Origin: Acidobacteriota bacterium
Lineage (GTDB): Bacteria; Acidobacteriota; UBA6911; RPQK01; CBDEGM01
Direction of reading: 5' to 3'
Assembly (NCBI GenBank): GCA_965237715.1
Contig: CBDEGM010000002.1
Location: forward strand, 67,234-131,233
DNA: 64,000 nucleotides
Both the position numbers and the translations under genes were made by a program. Within the stretch, counting starts at the first letter, position 1; the number at the start of each line of letters is the position of its first letter. Positions 47,469 through 56,011 of this stretch are shown here, in pieces. The notes beneath the pieces were generated by a model. That model searched no databases. It was given only the letters and a program-made list of their open reading frames with translations, and was not told where the DNA came from.

Positions 47469-47825
47469 CGGCTTTGCCCATAAACCCTGTTCTGCACATT
47501 AACGCCTCTTTCCTGCACAAAAACTCCTTCCGAAACTACTCATCGTCCTCTATCTCGAACTTGAAGTCCGACCGTCATATCCTCATCGTTTTTTCTGACC
47601 TCATGGATGAATTTAAGTAGCTGCCCGATGAGGTTGTTAACCCCCTTGCTTATCTGTAGAATCTTCATTCTCAAGCGAGCGTGACGGGTGCGGAAACACC
47701 AGCCACACTCTGAACCGATCCTCCTGTCGTAGAGGAAGAGCGGTCTAGGACTTATTCTACGCCCATCCGGGCAGACCTCTATCCCTCTACGGCAGGCAGG
47801 ATCGCATTTCCGAAAGGAAGGCACG

Positions 47826-48380
47826 ATGCTGCACGTTGCCACAGCTCTCCTGTTTCTCCAACTGATGCCTGGTGCTCCAGTCCGGGTGGGCGAAACCAAA
47901 ACAGATCCTTTCACTGACGAGTTCAGGCTGGCGATGGTCGGAGTCGGGGCAGAGGGGAAACTTCGACTAGGTTCAAGTTGCTCTGAAAAAGACGAGAGGA
48001 ATTGGTACTCATTGAGTTTCCACATTGAATCGGATGAGGCATTCGCTACGTTTGGCGGGGAAGATGGTAGTTCCATGGAATGGCAGCTCGGCAGCCTGAG
48101 ATTTGATAATGGAGATATCGAGCCATTCCGCTTCAAATTCCTTCTCGGCTCGCTATGGTTGGGATGGCCTGAGCTCAAAGACGGAGAGCGCCTTCGGGAC
48201 GACTCTGCCCATAAGTTGGTTCTCAGGTTCCCACACCATGACCGGCTACGCATCCAGGTGGTTGCTGCTAAAGATATAGTCTTTGAGGATTTCGACATCT
48301 CGGAAGTCACCACTGACACACTGGAAACTCTGTGTACGTGCGCTCACGAACCAAACCCATGCGTTAGCAAGCAGGACTAA
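47826..48380 (+). CDS. Hypothetical protein (cargo of the transposon, about 50% GC)
   Basis: 184-aa ORF with no recognisable motifs. Its codon usage and GC differ from the flanking genes. Confidence 0.35.
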   Translation: MLHVATALLFLQLMPGAPVRVGETKTDPFTDEFRLAMVGVGAEGKLRLGSSCSEKDERNWYSLSFHIESDEAFATFGGEDGSSMEWQLGSLRFDNGDIEPFRFKFLLGSLWLGWPELKDGERLRDDSAHKLVLRFPHHDRLRIQVVAAKDIVFEDFDISEVTTDTLETLCTCAHEPNPCVSKQD

Positions 48381-48656
48381 TCGCCAAAACAAACCTCAGA
48401 GGCGGCGCGTCAGGATCGCCCCTCTTGACACGCGATTTAAAAATCCAACAATCGCTGATCCTTGTCCCTTTCGTTCTTCATTGGGAGTCCCCAGCCAAGT
48501 TTCTTTGCCTTGATAAAACCCTCTCTCGCGCCTTCCAATTCTTTGAACCTGGCTACTGCCGGCTCCAGTTCCTTCATTTGGCTTTCTATGTCGGCAATCA
48601 TTGGGTCCAGATCAGGCCGACGATCCGATTTTTTTGAATTTCCCTACTTGTCTCCT

Positions 48657-48685
48657 TGACATTGTTAATCATTTGTCTTACGATT
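48657..48685 (+). promoter_or_regulatory. Sigma-70-like promoter (TTGACA, 17 nt spacer, TACGAT) ending 3 nt before the ATG at 48689; possibly leaderless
   Basis: ccTTGACAttgttaatcatttgtctTACGATttccattATG. Confidence 0.3.
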
Positions 48686-48688
48686 TCC

Positions 48689-49168
48689 ATTATGAAAAAG
48701 AATAAAAGCACAAGACTTAGAGAATACCTTGAGGAAATTGGAGCGTTGCGGAAGCAACGGGACGAGATCACCCTGGAAATATTCCGATCGATTCGCCTGC
48801 TGAAGTTTACTGCCCGATCGATTCAGGGAGCTGGAGGTAAGTTCAGGGAGGCTATTGATGTACTCGTCAATCGGCTCGACAAGGAGTGTCCCGGTCTGAC
48901 CGATGCGATCAAAATAGTGCTGCGCCGCGCTCCCGGGAAAATCTTCAGCCCCATCATGATCCGAGAAGAGCTTGAGGATAACGGCTTCACATTCACTAAG
49001 TACCGAAGCAACCCATTGGTATCCATCAACTCGGTCCTTAAGAGAATCGACGACGATGAAGCTATCGCCATAGAAGCTGAGGGTCGGACGGGTTATCAAT
49101 GGAAAATAATGGGGAGCGTAGCACTTCTCAGGATGTTGGATGAAGAGGGAGATGAGGAAGAGAAATGA
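48689..49168 (+). CDS. Hypothetical protein with an acidic C-terminus (cargo gene)
   Basis: The start MKKNKSTRLREYL follows a consensus -35/-10. 159 aa, ending EEGDEEEK. No recognisable domain. Confidence 0.35.
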   Translation: MMKKNKSTRLREYLEEIGALRKQRDEITLEIFRSIRLLKFTARSIQGAGGKFREAIDVLVNRLDKECPGLTDAIKIVLRRAPGKIFSPIMIREELEDNGFTFTKYRSNPLVSINSVLKRIDDDEAIAIEAEGRTGYQWKIMGSVALLRMLDEEGDEEEK

Positions 49169-49174
49169 AGGAAG

Positions 49175-49271
49175 CGGCGGGGTCGCATAGCGGCCAATTG
49201 CACCCGACTCCAAATCGGGAGAGCCAGATAGACCCTAGCTCCGTGGGTTCGAATCCCACCCCCGCCGCCCA
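49175..49271 (+). tRNA. tRNA-like gene with a selenocysteine-tRNA/allo-tRNA-type fold (8-bp acceptor, 5-bp T arm, long variable arm) but a CCA (Trp) anticodon, with an encoded 3' CCA
   Basis: Acceptor CGGCGGGG/CCCCGCCG. D arm GCA..TGC with loop TAGCGGCCAAT. Anticodon stem CCCGA/TCGGG with loop CTCCAAA. Variable arm about 23 nt with a GAGC/GCTC stem. T arm GTGGG-TTCGAAT-CCCAC. Discriminator C followed by CCA. Confidence 0.55.
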
Positions 49272-49405
49272 TGATTACAAACCGGTTCTGCCGAGTGCCA
49301 CAAACACCCGGCAGAACCTAAACCCGCAAGGTGCCAATGACACCCATGCAAGCCGTTCCCCGCATTATGGGGTCCATGGCCCTTGCAAAGCAAGAGGAAA
49401 AAACC

Positions 49406-49771
49406 ATGAACCCCAGACAGATCAAAGCAGTTGAAATCGCATCCCGATTTAAAATTCAAGAGAAGGAAGGGAAGTGGGTCGTTCCTTCCCAGAGCAAAAG
49501 CGGCACCTACGCCGTCGGGCTCAACGGGACTCCCCGCTGCACCTGCCCTGACTTCGACACTCGCGGGGTAGTCTGCAAGCACATCATGGCCGTCCAGATA
49601 ACGATTGAAGAACTGCTCAACGGAAACGGCACCAAGACCGTTAAGGAGAGCGTCAGCGTCACCGAGACGGTCAAGCGCACCTACACGCAGGACTGGCCCA
49701 CCTACAACAACTCCCAGGTCCACGAGAAGGACCAGTTCCAGGTCTTGCTCAAGGAACAGTGGCGTTCCTGA
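49406..49771 (+). CDS. Transposase OrfA: SWIM-type zinc-finger domain
   Basis: CTCPDFDTRGVVCKH has the CxC...CxH SWIM signature. RBS gaggaaaa. It overlaps orfB by 167 nt. Confidence 0.55.
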   Translation: MNPRQIKAVEIASRFKIQEKEGKWVVPSQSKSGTYAVGLNGTPRCTCPDFDTRGVVCKHIMAVQITIEELLNGNGTKTVKESVSVTETVKRTYTQDWPTYNNSQVHEKDQFQVLLKEQWRS

Positions 49772-50621
49772 GCCCACCAGGGATAAAACTGGGCGCAAGC
49801 CTATCCCTGTATCGGATGCTCTCTTTGCGGCTGCGTTCAAGGTCTACAGCACGGTTTCCGGACGCCGTTTCATGAGCGATCTGAGGGACGCCCACACCAA
49901 GGGTTTCATCGGGAAGGCTCCCCACTACAACAGCATCTTCAAGAAACCCGAGTTGACTGAAACTCTCCAGGGGCTTATCACCCAATCGGCCCTTCCTCTG
50001 GCGACGGTTGAGCGAACCTTCGCCGTGGACGCCTCTGGCTTCAGCACTTCCCGGTTCGACAGGTGGGTTGAGTACAAGTGGGGGGAAAAAGGCTCCAGGC
50101 GTGAATGGCTCAAGGCGCACCTGATGTGCGGCACGCAGACCAATATCGTCACCGCTGCCCAGGTCACGGACGGCAAGAAGAACGATGCTCCCTTTCTCCC
50201 ACCCCTGCTGAACACGACCGCTCAGTACTTTCCGGTGGAGGAAGTTTCGGCAGACAAGGGATACCTCAGCCGTCAGAATGTCCACGCCATCGCTGAGGCC
50301 GGGGCGACCCCCTACATCGCCTTCAAGTCCAACAGCAAACCCGAGGACAAGATCACGAGTGCGTGGAACCAGATGTTCCGACACTTCAGCTCTCGGCGGG
50401 AGGAATTTCTGGACCGTTACCACCGGCGCTCGAACGTCGAGACTGCCTTCTCGATGATTAAGCGGAAGTTCGGAGACTTCCTCAGAAGCAAAGGCGACAC
50501 GTCGATGGTGAACGAGGCTCTTTGCAAGATCCTCTGCCACAACATCGTCGTGGTGATCCACGAAATGTCCGAACTGGGGGTCCAGCCCGTTTTTGTGCAG
50601 AAACCTAGTGTTGCCCATTAA
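49605..50621 (+). CDS. Transposase OrfB: IS4/IS5-type DDE domain
   Basis: D (FAVDASGF), D (VSADKGYLS) and E within YHRRSNVETAFSMIKRKFG, the IS4/IS5 R-x3-E-x3-K signature. It is in the +1 frame relative to orfA. Confidence 0.6.
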   Translation: MKNCSTETAPRPLRRASASPRRSSAPTRRTGPPTTTPRSTRRTSSRSCSRNSGVPEPTRDKTGRKPIPVSDALFAAAFKVYSTVSGRRFMSDLRDAHTKGFIGKAPHYNSIFKKPELTETLQGLITQSALPLATVERTFAVDASGFSTSRFDRWVEYKWGEKGSRREWLKAHLMCGTQTNIVTAAQVTDGKKNDAPFLPPLLNTTAQYFPVEEVSADKGYLSRQNVHAIAEAGATPYIAFKSNSKPEDKITSAWNQMFRHFSSRREEFLDRYHRRSNVETAFSMIKRKFGDFLRSKGDTSMVNEALCKILCHNIVVVIHEMSELGVQPVFVQKPSVAH

Positions 50622-50643
50622 TTACCTGTTTTTAGGCAAAGCC

Positions 50644-52140
50644 CCTCTGTCCATCAAAAGCGCCTCTGATCCCTCGGTTTCCCAGGTGGCTTTTGGTCAA
50701 AAACCTGATCAATAGAGACACCTCCAGCGGTTCAATCAGAAACCCTCGGCGCTAGGCTGTCATCCATCTCAATCGATCAATCCGAGACAACAGCCCGGCC
50801 CATATATCCTTGCTTACCGCTACCTCCGCCATCTGAAACGTGACGATCCGGCTATGGCGGATCACCTTCGCTCCGATCTTGATCAGTTTGGTCAACAGGC
50901 TGCGAAGGGACCAATGTTTGATTTTTCTGGGAAGGACCAGCCGCCGTAGAAAATTGCCCAGGTTGCAGGCCAAGACAAACAGAGCCAACCTCACCTGATT
51001 CGGGACAAAGCGCTGGCAGGACAGGCGAGTCCAGTGCAACGCATACTTGCCTTCCTTGATCCACTGCTCGGCTGTGCCACGACCGTTATAGAAGTGAACC
51101 ACCCCTGAGGCTTGTGCGCTCATATTGGTGACGATGAAACCCACCCTCGGAAAGAGTTCTCCGCGATGCCACCCGACCTTGGCAATCACCCGGCGAGGCC
51201 GGTCCCAACTGGCGGCTTGATATTGGAAATCGGCGAACCAAACGATAGGCTTTCGGGGCGGACGGCCCACAGGCCGGGTAAGCAGGTGTTCAATCTCCGC
51301 CTGAAGCACCTCGTTGGCAGGAAGCCGGATGGCATACAAAAAGCCCTTCTCCTCCAAGTATTCATAAACGTCCGGCTTGGCAAAGGCAGCATCCCCACGA
51401 AAGTATTTGCGGACTGTTTTCTTCTCGTAGCGAGCCACGATTGGTTCCAGCATCTCCTTCCAACCATCCGCGCTGTGAACATTGCCGGGCCGAAGCATTG
51501 CACCTTCGCAATCTCCGAACTGGTTGAAACAAAACAGGGGATGGTAGCAAGTACATCGGAAATGGCCGTTGTAGGCAGAGGCTTCCTGCTCGCCATGGAC
51601 AGGACTGGCTGAGCTGTCCATATCCAGAATGATGCGTCGATGAGTTGTTTTCTCCAGCGCTCTTTCTACCCATCGGCCATTAACTTCCGAAAGGGCTTTG
51701 AGGTTCCCCTGGACGGACAGCATCTCGGTCTCAAATCGACCCATGGTGTTGGCGCTGGCGGCCTTCTTCTTGTCCATCTTCTTCCCGGTGATCCTCCGCA
51801 TAGTCGGATCCACCGATAGACGATGGGCATCGTTGACATCTTCATAGCCAGCCAGTCGACTGTATACCGATTGGCGCAGCAACGACGCCAGGTCGTGCTG
51901 GATGTTACGCCCTGTCCGCGAATCGCGAAAAACGGAGGGAACACTATCGAATAACACCAACGCTTCGTCCAAATCACGATAGGCGAGAAGCCCAGCATCC
52001 GAGGTGACCTTAGCCCCATGAAATTCAAGCCTCAAACTGCCATCAAAACCGGCCTTCAAACCTTCACCCTTTGGGTCAGCCATTTCTTGCTCCCTTTATG
52101 CTCTATATCTACTTTGATTATAGTAGTTTACATCGATTAA
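50644..52140 (-). mobile_element. IS1380-family copy B, main body (transposase-proximal end not precisely resolved)
   Basis: Carries the intact 443-aa transposase. Its left part is collinear with copy A. Confidence 0.6.
50752..52083 (-). CDS. IS1380-family DDE transposase
   Basis: 443 aa with an N-terminal ...LRLEFHGAKVTSDAGLLAYRDLDEAL... region and a DDE core. Confidence 0.65.
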   Translation of the reverse strand: MADPKGEGLKAGFDGSLRLEFHGAKVTSDAGLLAYRDLDEALVLFDSVPSVFRDSRTGRNIQHDLASLLRQSVYSRLAGYEDVNDAHRLSVDPTMRRITGKKMDKKKAASANTMGRFETEMLSVQGNLKALSEVNGRWVERALEKTTHRRIILDMDSSASPVHGEQEASAYNGHFRCTCYHPLFCFNQFGDCEGAMLRPGNVHSADGWKEMLEPIVARYEKKTVRKYFRGDAAFAKPDVYEYLEEKGFLYAIRLPANEVLQAEIEHLLTRPVGRPPRKPIVWFADFQYQAASWDRPRRVIAKVGWHRGELFPRVGFIVTNMSAQASGVVHFYNGRGTAEQWIKEGKYALHWTRLSCQRFVPNQVRLALFVLACNLGNFLRRLVLPRKIKHWSLRSLLTKLIKIGAKVIRHSRIVTFQMAEVAVSKDIWAGLLSRIDRLRWMTA

Positions 52141-52353
52141 GGCAAGCAATTTTGGTGTCCTATATGGTGAATGGGGGTTAAAAAGTCAAACATTTTCCGC
52201 TTAAACCCTACGGCACCTCACTAAGCAGAGAGTGATCGAGGTTTGTTGAGACCTTCCTTCTCGCTTGTTTTTCTAGCGTAGTATCGTCTCCGGGCCGTTT
52301 TTTTAGAGTGAAGGCCTTTCCAATCAGCAACCTCAGAATGATGCTGTACCTTG

Positions 52354-53034
52354 TCAACTTAGATATTGTGGGTAGAGGTGCTTGAGCTTGACGCGAGCAT
52401 CCTCGATCCTAAACTGCCAATCTACTCCGATTTGCATTCGATTGCGATCTTCCCACCACGCCTGGGTGTGGCGGGTGAGTTGCTGGCGAGTTGGGATGCG
52501 ACGATCTAGGCATTGCCGGCTCAACGCGCTCAACTCGATTTCCGCCACGTTCAACCAACTGCCATGCTTGGGGGTGTAGTGAATCCGGAGCCGCTCCGCC
52601 AAGCGGCGAGCTTTTTGAGGCTCAAAGGCCTCGTAGAGCGAGCCCGCCTTGTGCGTGTTGAGGTTGTCACACACCAGGATGACCCGGGCCGCATCTGGAA
52701 AATCCTCTTCCAGGAGCTGCTGAATCTCCCGTGCCCAATCCACCTTGGTCCGCTGCTCGCGCACGCTCACTTTGCGCCAGGCCGCCAGAGGTTGAACGAA
52801 CAAAAACAGGGCCGCCGTCCCACATCTCTCATATTCGTAATCGTAGCGCTCGACCCGCTCCCCTCCGAGCGGGATCGGCTGGCGAGTTTCTCCAATCAAC
52901 TGCTGCGGCTGCTCGTCCATGCACACCACCGGATATTTCCCATCCAAGGGACGCTTGTAAACTTCCAGAACGTCTTCCATATGGGCCACGAAGTCCGCAT
53001 TCTGCCGGGGCGGGATCACCCAACACTTCCTCAA
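52354..53034 (-). CDS. IS630-family transposase DDE-domain part, OrfB
   Basis: DDE motifs VVCMDEQ, VILVCDNLNTH and SWLNVAEIELSAL. It is in a different frame from OrfA across the TTTAAAAAAAC run. Confidence 0.65.
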   Translation of the reverse strand: MRKCWVIPPRQNADFVAHMEDVLEVYKRPLDGKYPVVCMDEQPQQLIGETRQPIPLGGERVERYDYEYERCGTAALFLFVQPLAAWRKVSVREQRTKVDWAREIQQLLEEDFPDAARVILVCDNLNTHKAGSLYEAFEPQKARRLAERLRIHYTPKHGSWLNVAEIELSALSRQCLDRRIPTRQQLTRHTQAWWEDRNRMQIGVDWQFRIEDARVKLKHLYPQYLS

Positions 53035-53485
53035 GTGCGGTTTGAGGACGTTTTTTTAAAGCCTGGCGCACCGTTTCGTGGCTGATCGTCTCCACGATCT
53101 CCATCTCCACCAGCCGTTGGCTGAGCAGTCGCAGCGTCCAGCGGGCTCGTCCTTCCGGTGGCGGGCCGCAACTGAGTGCGATCATTTGCGCCTCTTGCTC
53201 TCCGTCCAGTGACTTCTCTCGCGAGAGTCGCTGTTGCTTCTTGCGGCCCAAGGCCCGCTCCAGTCCCTCTTCCACCAAACGCCGACGAACCTGCACCACT
53301 GTATTGAAGTGGCACCCAAACGCTTCTGCGATCTTCTCGTCCGTCCATCCAGGGCCGTTGGCATCCGCCTTCAACAGGATATTAGCGTGCTTGACCCGGT
53401 AGGCCTTCACTGTCCCTTTCTTGACCAGACTCTGCAACTCCTTGCGTTCTTCCTCACTAAGTCGGACCACATATCTCTTGCTCAT
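52829..53485 (-). CDS. IS630-family transposase N-terminal part (HTH/CENP-B-like), OrfA
   Basis: HTH-rich N-terminus. The reading frame decays after the A7 run at about 53046-53052. Confidence 0.65.
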   Translation of the reverse strand: MSKRYVVRLSEEERKELQSLVKKGTVKAYRVKHANILLKADANGPGWTDEKIAEAFGCHFNTVVQVRRRLVEEGLERALGRKKQQRLSREKSLDGEQEAQMIALSCGPPPEGRARWTLRLLSQRLVEMEIVETISHETVRQALKKRPQTALEEVLGDPAPAECGLRGPYGRRSGSLQASLGWEISGGVHGRAAAAVDWRNSPADPARRGAGRALRLRI

Positions 53486-53574
53486 CTTGATCCTCCTAGG
53501 TTATCGAACCAAGGCCTCTCAAGACGAGCTTTTACGCTCTGCCTCTGACTAATAAAAACAATGCTGACAGTGTA

Positions 53575-53849
53575 CTAGTACTCCCTGCCATAAATACGAT
53601 GACGTATGCGGATGGGGCTTGCGAGGAGAGGTCGCGAAGAGAGGAGGAGGCGATGCCGAGGCATCGTCGACGACGAACGACAAAGAGATCACCCGCAACC
53701 ACCATCCGCCCAAAGGGTTAGGGCGGGACGGGCCCATCTCTTTGTTGCTCCTCCTCGCCGATGTCTGGCATCGACTCGTCGTCGCGCCTCGATCTGGTCT
53801 CCGTCGCGTTCCCAACATACGTCATCGTATTTATGGCAGGGAGTACTAG
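53575..53849. repeat. MITE-like element, family 1 copy B (275 bp) with perfect 34-bp terminal inverted repeats ctagtactccctgccataaatacgatgacgtatg
   Basis: 53575-53608 is the reverse complement of 53816-53849. The core is about 85% identical to 312-534 in the inverted orientation. Confidence 0.75.
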
Positions 53850-53903
53850 CATGGTATTCTGAGCGGTTTGGACGGCTCTCGAACAAGGAGCAATCGATTA
53901 CCA

Positions 53904-54010
53904 TGAAAAGATGGATGTACGTTCTCGTATTGCTGTTGGCAATCGGGGCAGCTGCAGTCTTGGGTTACTATACGGCCATGGAAAGAGCCTGGATTCACAT
54001 CAACCAATAG
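53904..54010 (+). CDS. Possible small membrane peptide (35 aa) whose stop codon abuts the IS1595-element terminus
   Basis: AAGGAG lies 8 nt upstream of the ATG. The peptide MKRWMYVLVLLLAIGAAAVLGYYTAMERAWIHINQ has one TM segment. It may be a remnant of a disrupted gene. Confidence 0.25.
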
Positions 54011-54062
54011 GGGAATATAAGACCTACTTGACGTACATGGTAACGAGGTGTAGTTTGTTTGG

Positions 54063-54308
54063 GTGCGTTGGCAAAAATGGTCCAGATGGATTGGAGCGAA
54101 GCCAGTATCAAGGATTGCAATTATTGCGCTGGTGCCAGGGATTGTCGGTGCGATTGGCGGAGGAATCTGGGAGTACATCATGACTAGGGGACTATCAGGC
54201 TGGGTTCCGCTCTATGCAGGTCTGATTTCTGGGTTGATTTCGGGAATCGGAACCCTATTGTTTTCGTGGTATCTGGCGACGGCTCACCCTTTGGACCTGA
54301 ACCACTGA
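54063..54308 (+). CDS. Small membrane protein (2 TM), passenger
   Basis: 81 aa with two glycine-rich hydrophobic helices. Confidence 0.35.
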   Translation: MRWQKWSRWIGAKPVSRIAIIALVPGIVGAIGGGIWEYIMTRGLSGWVPLYAGLISGLISGIGTLLFSWYLATAHPLDLNH

Positions 54309-54335
54309 GAATTCTCACCTCGTAAGCCATCTGAG

Positions 54336-54662
54336 TTGGTGGCAGAAATTAACGGCCTTACCGGCATAGCCAGGCAATCCGTCATAGACCGACACGCCAA
54401 CAAATGGTTGCGTGTAGCTGGAACTGTGTACGATGTTTTCGACAAAAACCAGCTAGTAATTGTGTGTTTGGATGGTAGCGATATTGGACCTAACTACTGG
54501 TTAGAATTCGACGCTTCCGACTGGCGAGACTCGCTAAAAACACTTAATGTCGGCGACCAAATCAGGGCGACCGGGAAAATAAAATCGTTCAACTCTCTGT
54601 ATATTGTCCTTGCTCAGTGCGAGAAGGAGCAGGGGTTACACAATCTGAGCGCAATACAATGA
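54336..54662 (+). CDS. Hypothetical protein, passenger, translationally coupled to the methyltransferase (ATGA overlap)
   Basis: 108 aa. Its stop TGA overlaps the ATG of the following gene at 54659-54662. Confidence 0.4.
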   Translation: MVAEINGLTGIARQSVIDRHANKWLRVAGTVYDVFDKNQLVIVCLDGSDIGPNYWLEFDASDWRDSLKTLNVGDQIRATGKIKSFNSLYIVLAQCEKEQGLHNLSAIQ

Positions 54663-56011
54663 GCGCGCCCAACTGGGCCAACCAGACCATCTGGACCGGG
54701 GATAACCTGCCGATCATGCGGGGCACGAACTCGGAGTCGGTAGACCTTATCTACTTAGACCCCCCCTTCAACAGCAATACGAACTACGCTGCTCCCATTG
54801 GCAGCAAGGCTGCTGGAGCCGAGTTCAAGGACACCTGGACCCTCACAGACATCAACGTCGAGTGGGTGAACCTGATCGAGTCCAAGCACCCCGCTCTCCA
54901 CCGTGTCCTGTTGGCGGCGATGACTTCCAGCGACAAGTCCTATCTGATCTACATGGCCGCTCGACTTCTCGAAATCAGGAGGATTCTCAAGCCCAAAGGC
55001 TCGATCTACCTGCACTGTGACCCGACCATGAGCCACTACCTCAAACTGCTCATGGACGCGGTTTTCGGTAAACGTAAATTCAGAAACGAAATCATCTGGA
55101 AGCGCAACTCATCACATAACGACTCGAAGGCATTTGGCCGCGTGGTCGACTCGCTCCTATTCTACGGCCCGCCAATAAGGACCGATTCCGTCCGTGTCCC
55201 GCTAAGCACAGATTACACTGAGAAGTTTTACCGTCACCGGGACCACCGAGGGCTGTATCGACACGACAACATTATTCGATCCGCATCGATGGGCGAACGG
55301 CCTAACCTGACCTATGAGTACAAAGGCTTTACGCCACCCTTTGGGTGGCGAATGACCAAAGACAAGATAACGGCGCTGGACGCGGAAAACCGAATAGCTT
55401 GGTCTGCATCTGGGCGACCCTATCTGAAACGCTATTTGAGTGAGAACAAGGGGCAGGTTCCGTCGGCGATCTGGACCGATATTTCGCCAATTTCAGGCCA
55501 TGCCAAGGAACGAGTCGGCTATCCGACGCAGAAACCTGTCGCGCTACTGGCTCGCATCATCCAAGCAAGCTCCAACACGGGTGATATGGTTCTGGACCCG
55601 TTCTGCGGATGCGCCACGGCCTCCATTACGGCTCAGGGTTTACACAGGCAGTGGGTAGGAATCGATATCTCTCCCAAGGCCGCCGATCTAGTTCAACAGA
55701 GAATGCATGACGAACTGGGCCTATTTTCCAAGGTCATCCACCGCACGGATACTCCCAAACGCACGGACCTAGGAACGCTCCCTAGGTACAACTCCGATGC
55801 CAATCGAAAGGAGATCTGCGGCGATCAGGAAGGTCACTGCAACGGATGTCGGATCCACTTCGAGCTACGCAACTTGGAGGTAGGCCACATCATCTCCAAG
55901 GGCAAAGGCGGGACCGATCACATTGGAAACCTGCAACTTCTTTGTGGGAACTGTAATCGGATCAAAGGAGACCGTGGCATGGAGTACCTGAAAGCGAAGC
56001 TACAGATATGA
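54659..56011 (+). CDS. Beta-class N6/N4 DNA methyltransferase fused to a C-terminal HNH endonuclease domain
   Basis: Motif IV LDPPFNSN is N-terminal and motif I DPFCGCATAS is C-terminal, which is the beta-class order. Then CGDQEGHCNGC...VGHII...HIGNLQLLCGNCNRIKGDR forms an HNH nuclease motif. Its last 4 codons overlap the transposase gene end. Confidence 0.7.
   Translation: MSAPNWANQTIWTGDNLPIMRGTNSESVDLIYLDPPFNSNTNYAAPIGSKAAGAEFKDTWTLTDINVEWVNLIESKHPALHRVLLAAMTSSDKSYLIYMAARLLEIRRILKPKGSIYLHCDPTMSHYLKLLMDAVFGKRKFRNEIIWKRNSSHNDSKAFGRVVDSLLFYGPPIRTDSVRVPLSTDYTEKFYRHRDHRGLYRHDNIIRSASMGERPNLTYEYKGFTPPFGWRMTKDKITALDAENRIAWSASGRPYLKRYLSENKGQVPSAIWTDISPISGHAKERVGYPTQKPVALLARIIQASSNTGDMVLDPFCGCATASITAQGLHRQWVGIDISPKAADLVQQRMHDELGLFSKVIHRTDTPKRTDLGTLPRYNSDANRKEICGDQEGHCNGCRIHFELRNLEVGHIISKGKGGTDHIGNLQLLCGNCNRIKGDRGMEYLKAKLQI

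Larger units (their letters stand above)
47469..50643 (+). mobile_element. 3.2 kb transposon: IS4/IS5-like DDE transposase with an N-terminal SWIM zinc finger plus a low-GC cargo (two hypothetical genes and a tRNA-like gene). It is flanked by a 9-bp target duplication cctctgtcc
   Basis: Ends are ggctttgcccataaac... and the reverse complement ggctttgcctaaaaac... (15 of 19 match). Direct repeats at 47460-47468 and 50644-50652. The flanking sequence is a single IS1380 terminus, so the element inserted into IS1380 copy B. Confidence 0.65.
52279..53574 (-). mobile_element. IS630-family element (approximate ends, TA-flanked)
   Basis: Two overlapping transposase ORFs. The ends share a gtttttt(a)ttag-type terminus next to TA dinucleotides. 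Confidence 0.55.

Noticed and set aside
47540-48319. 259-aa minus-strand ORF in the low-GC cargo region
   Set aside because: Ser/Pro-rich junk translation. It is antisense to the better-formed 47826-48380 ORF, and no start context is evident.
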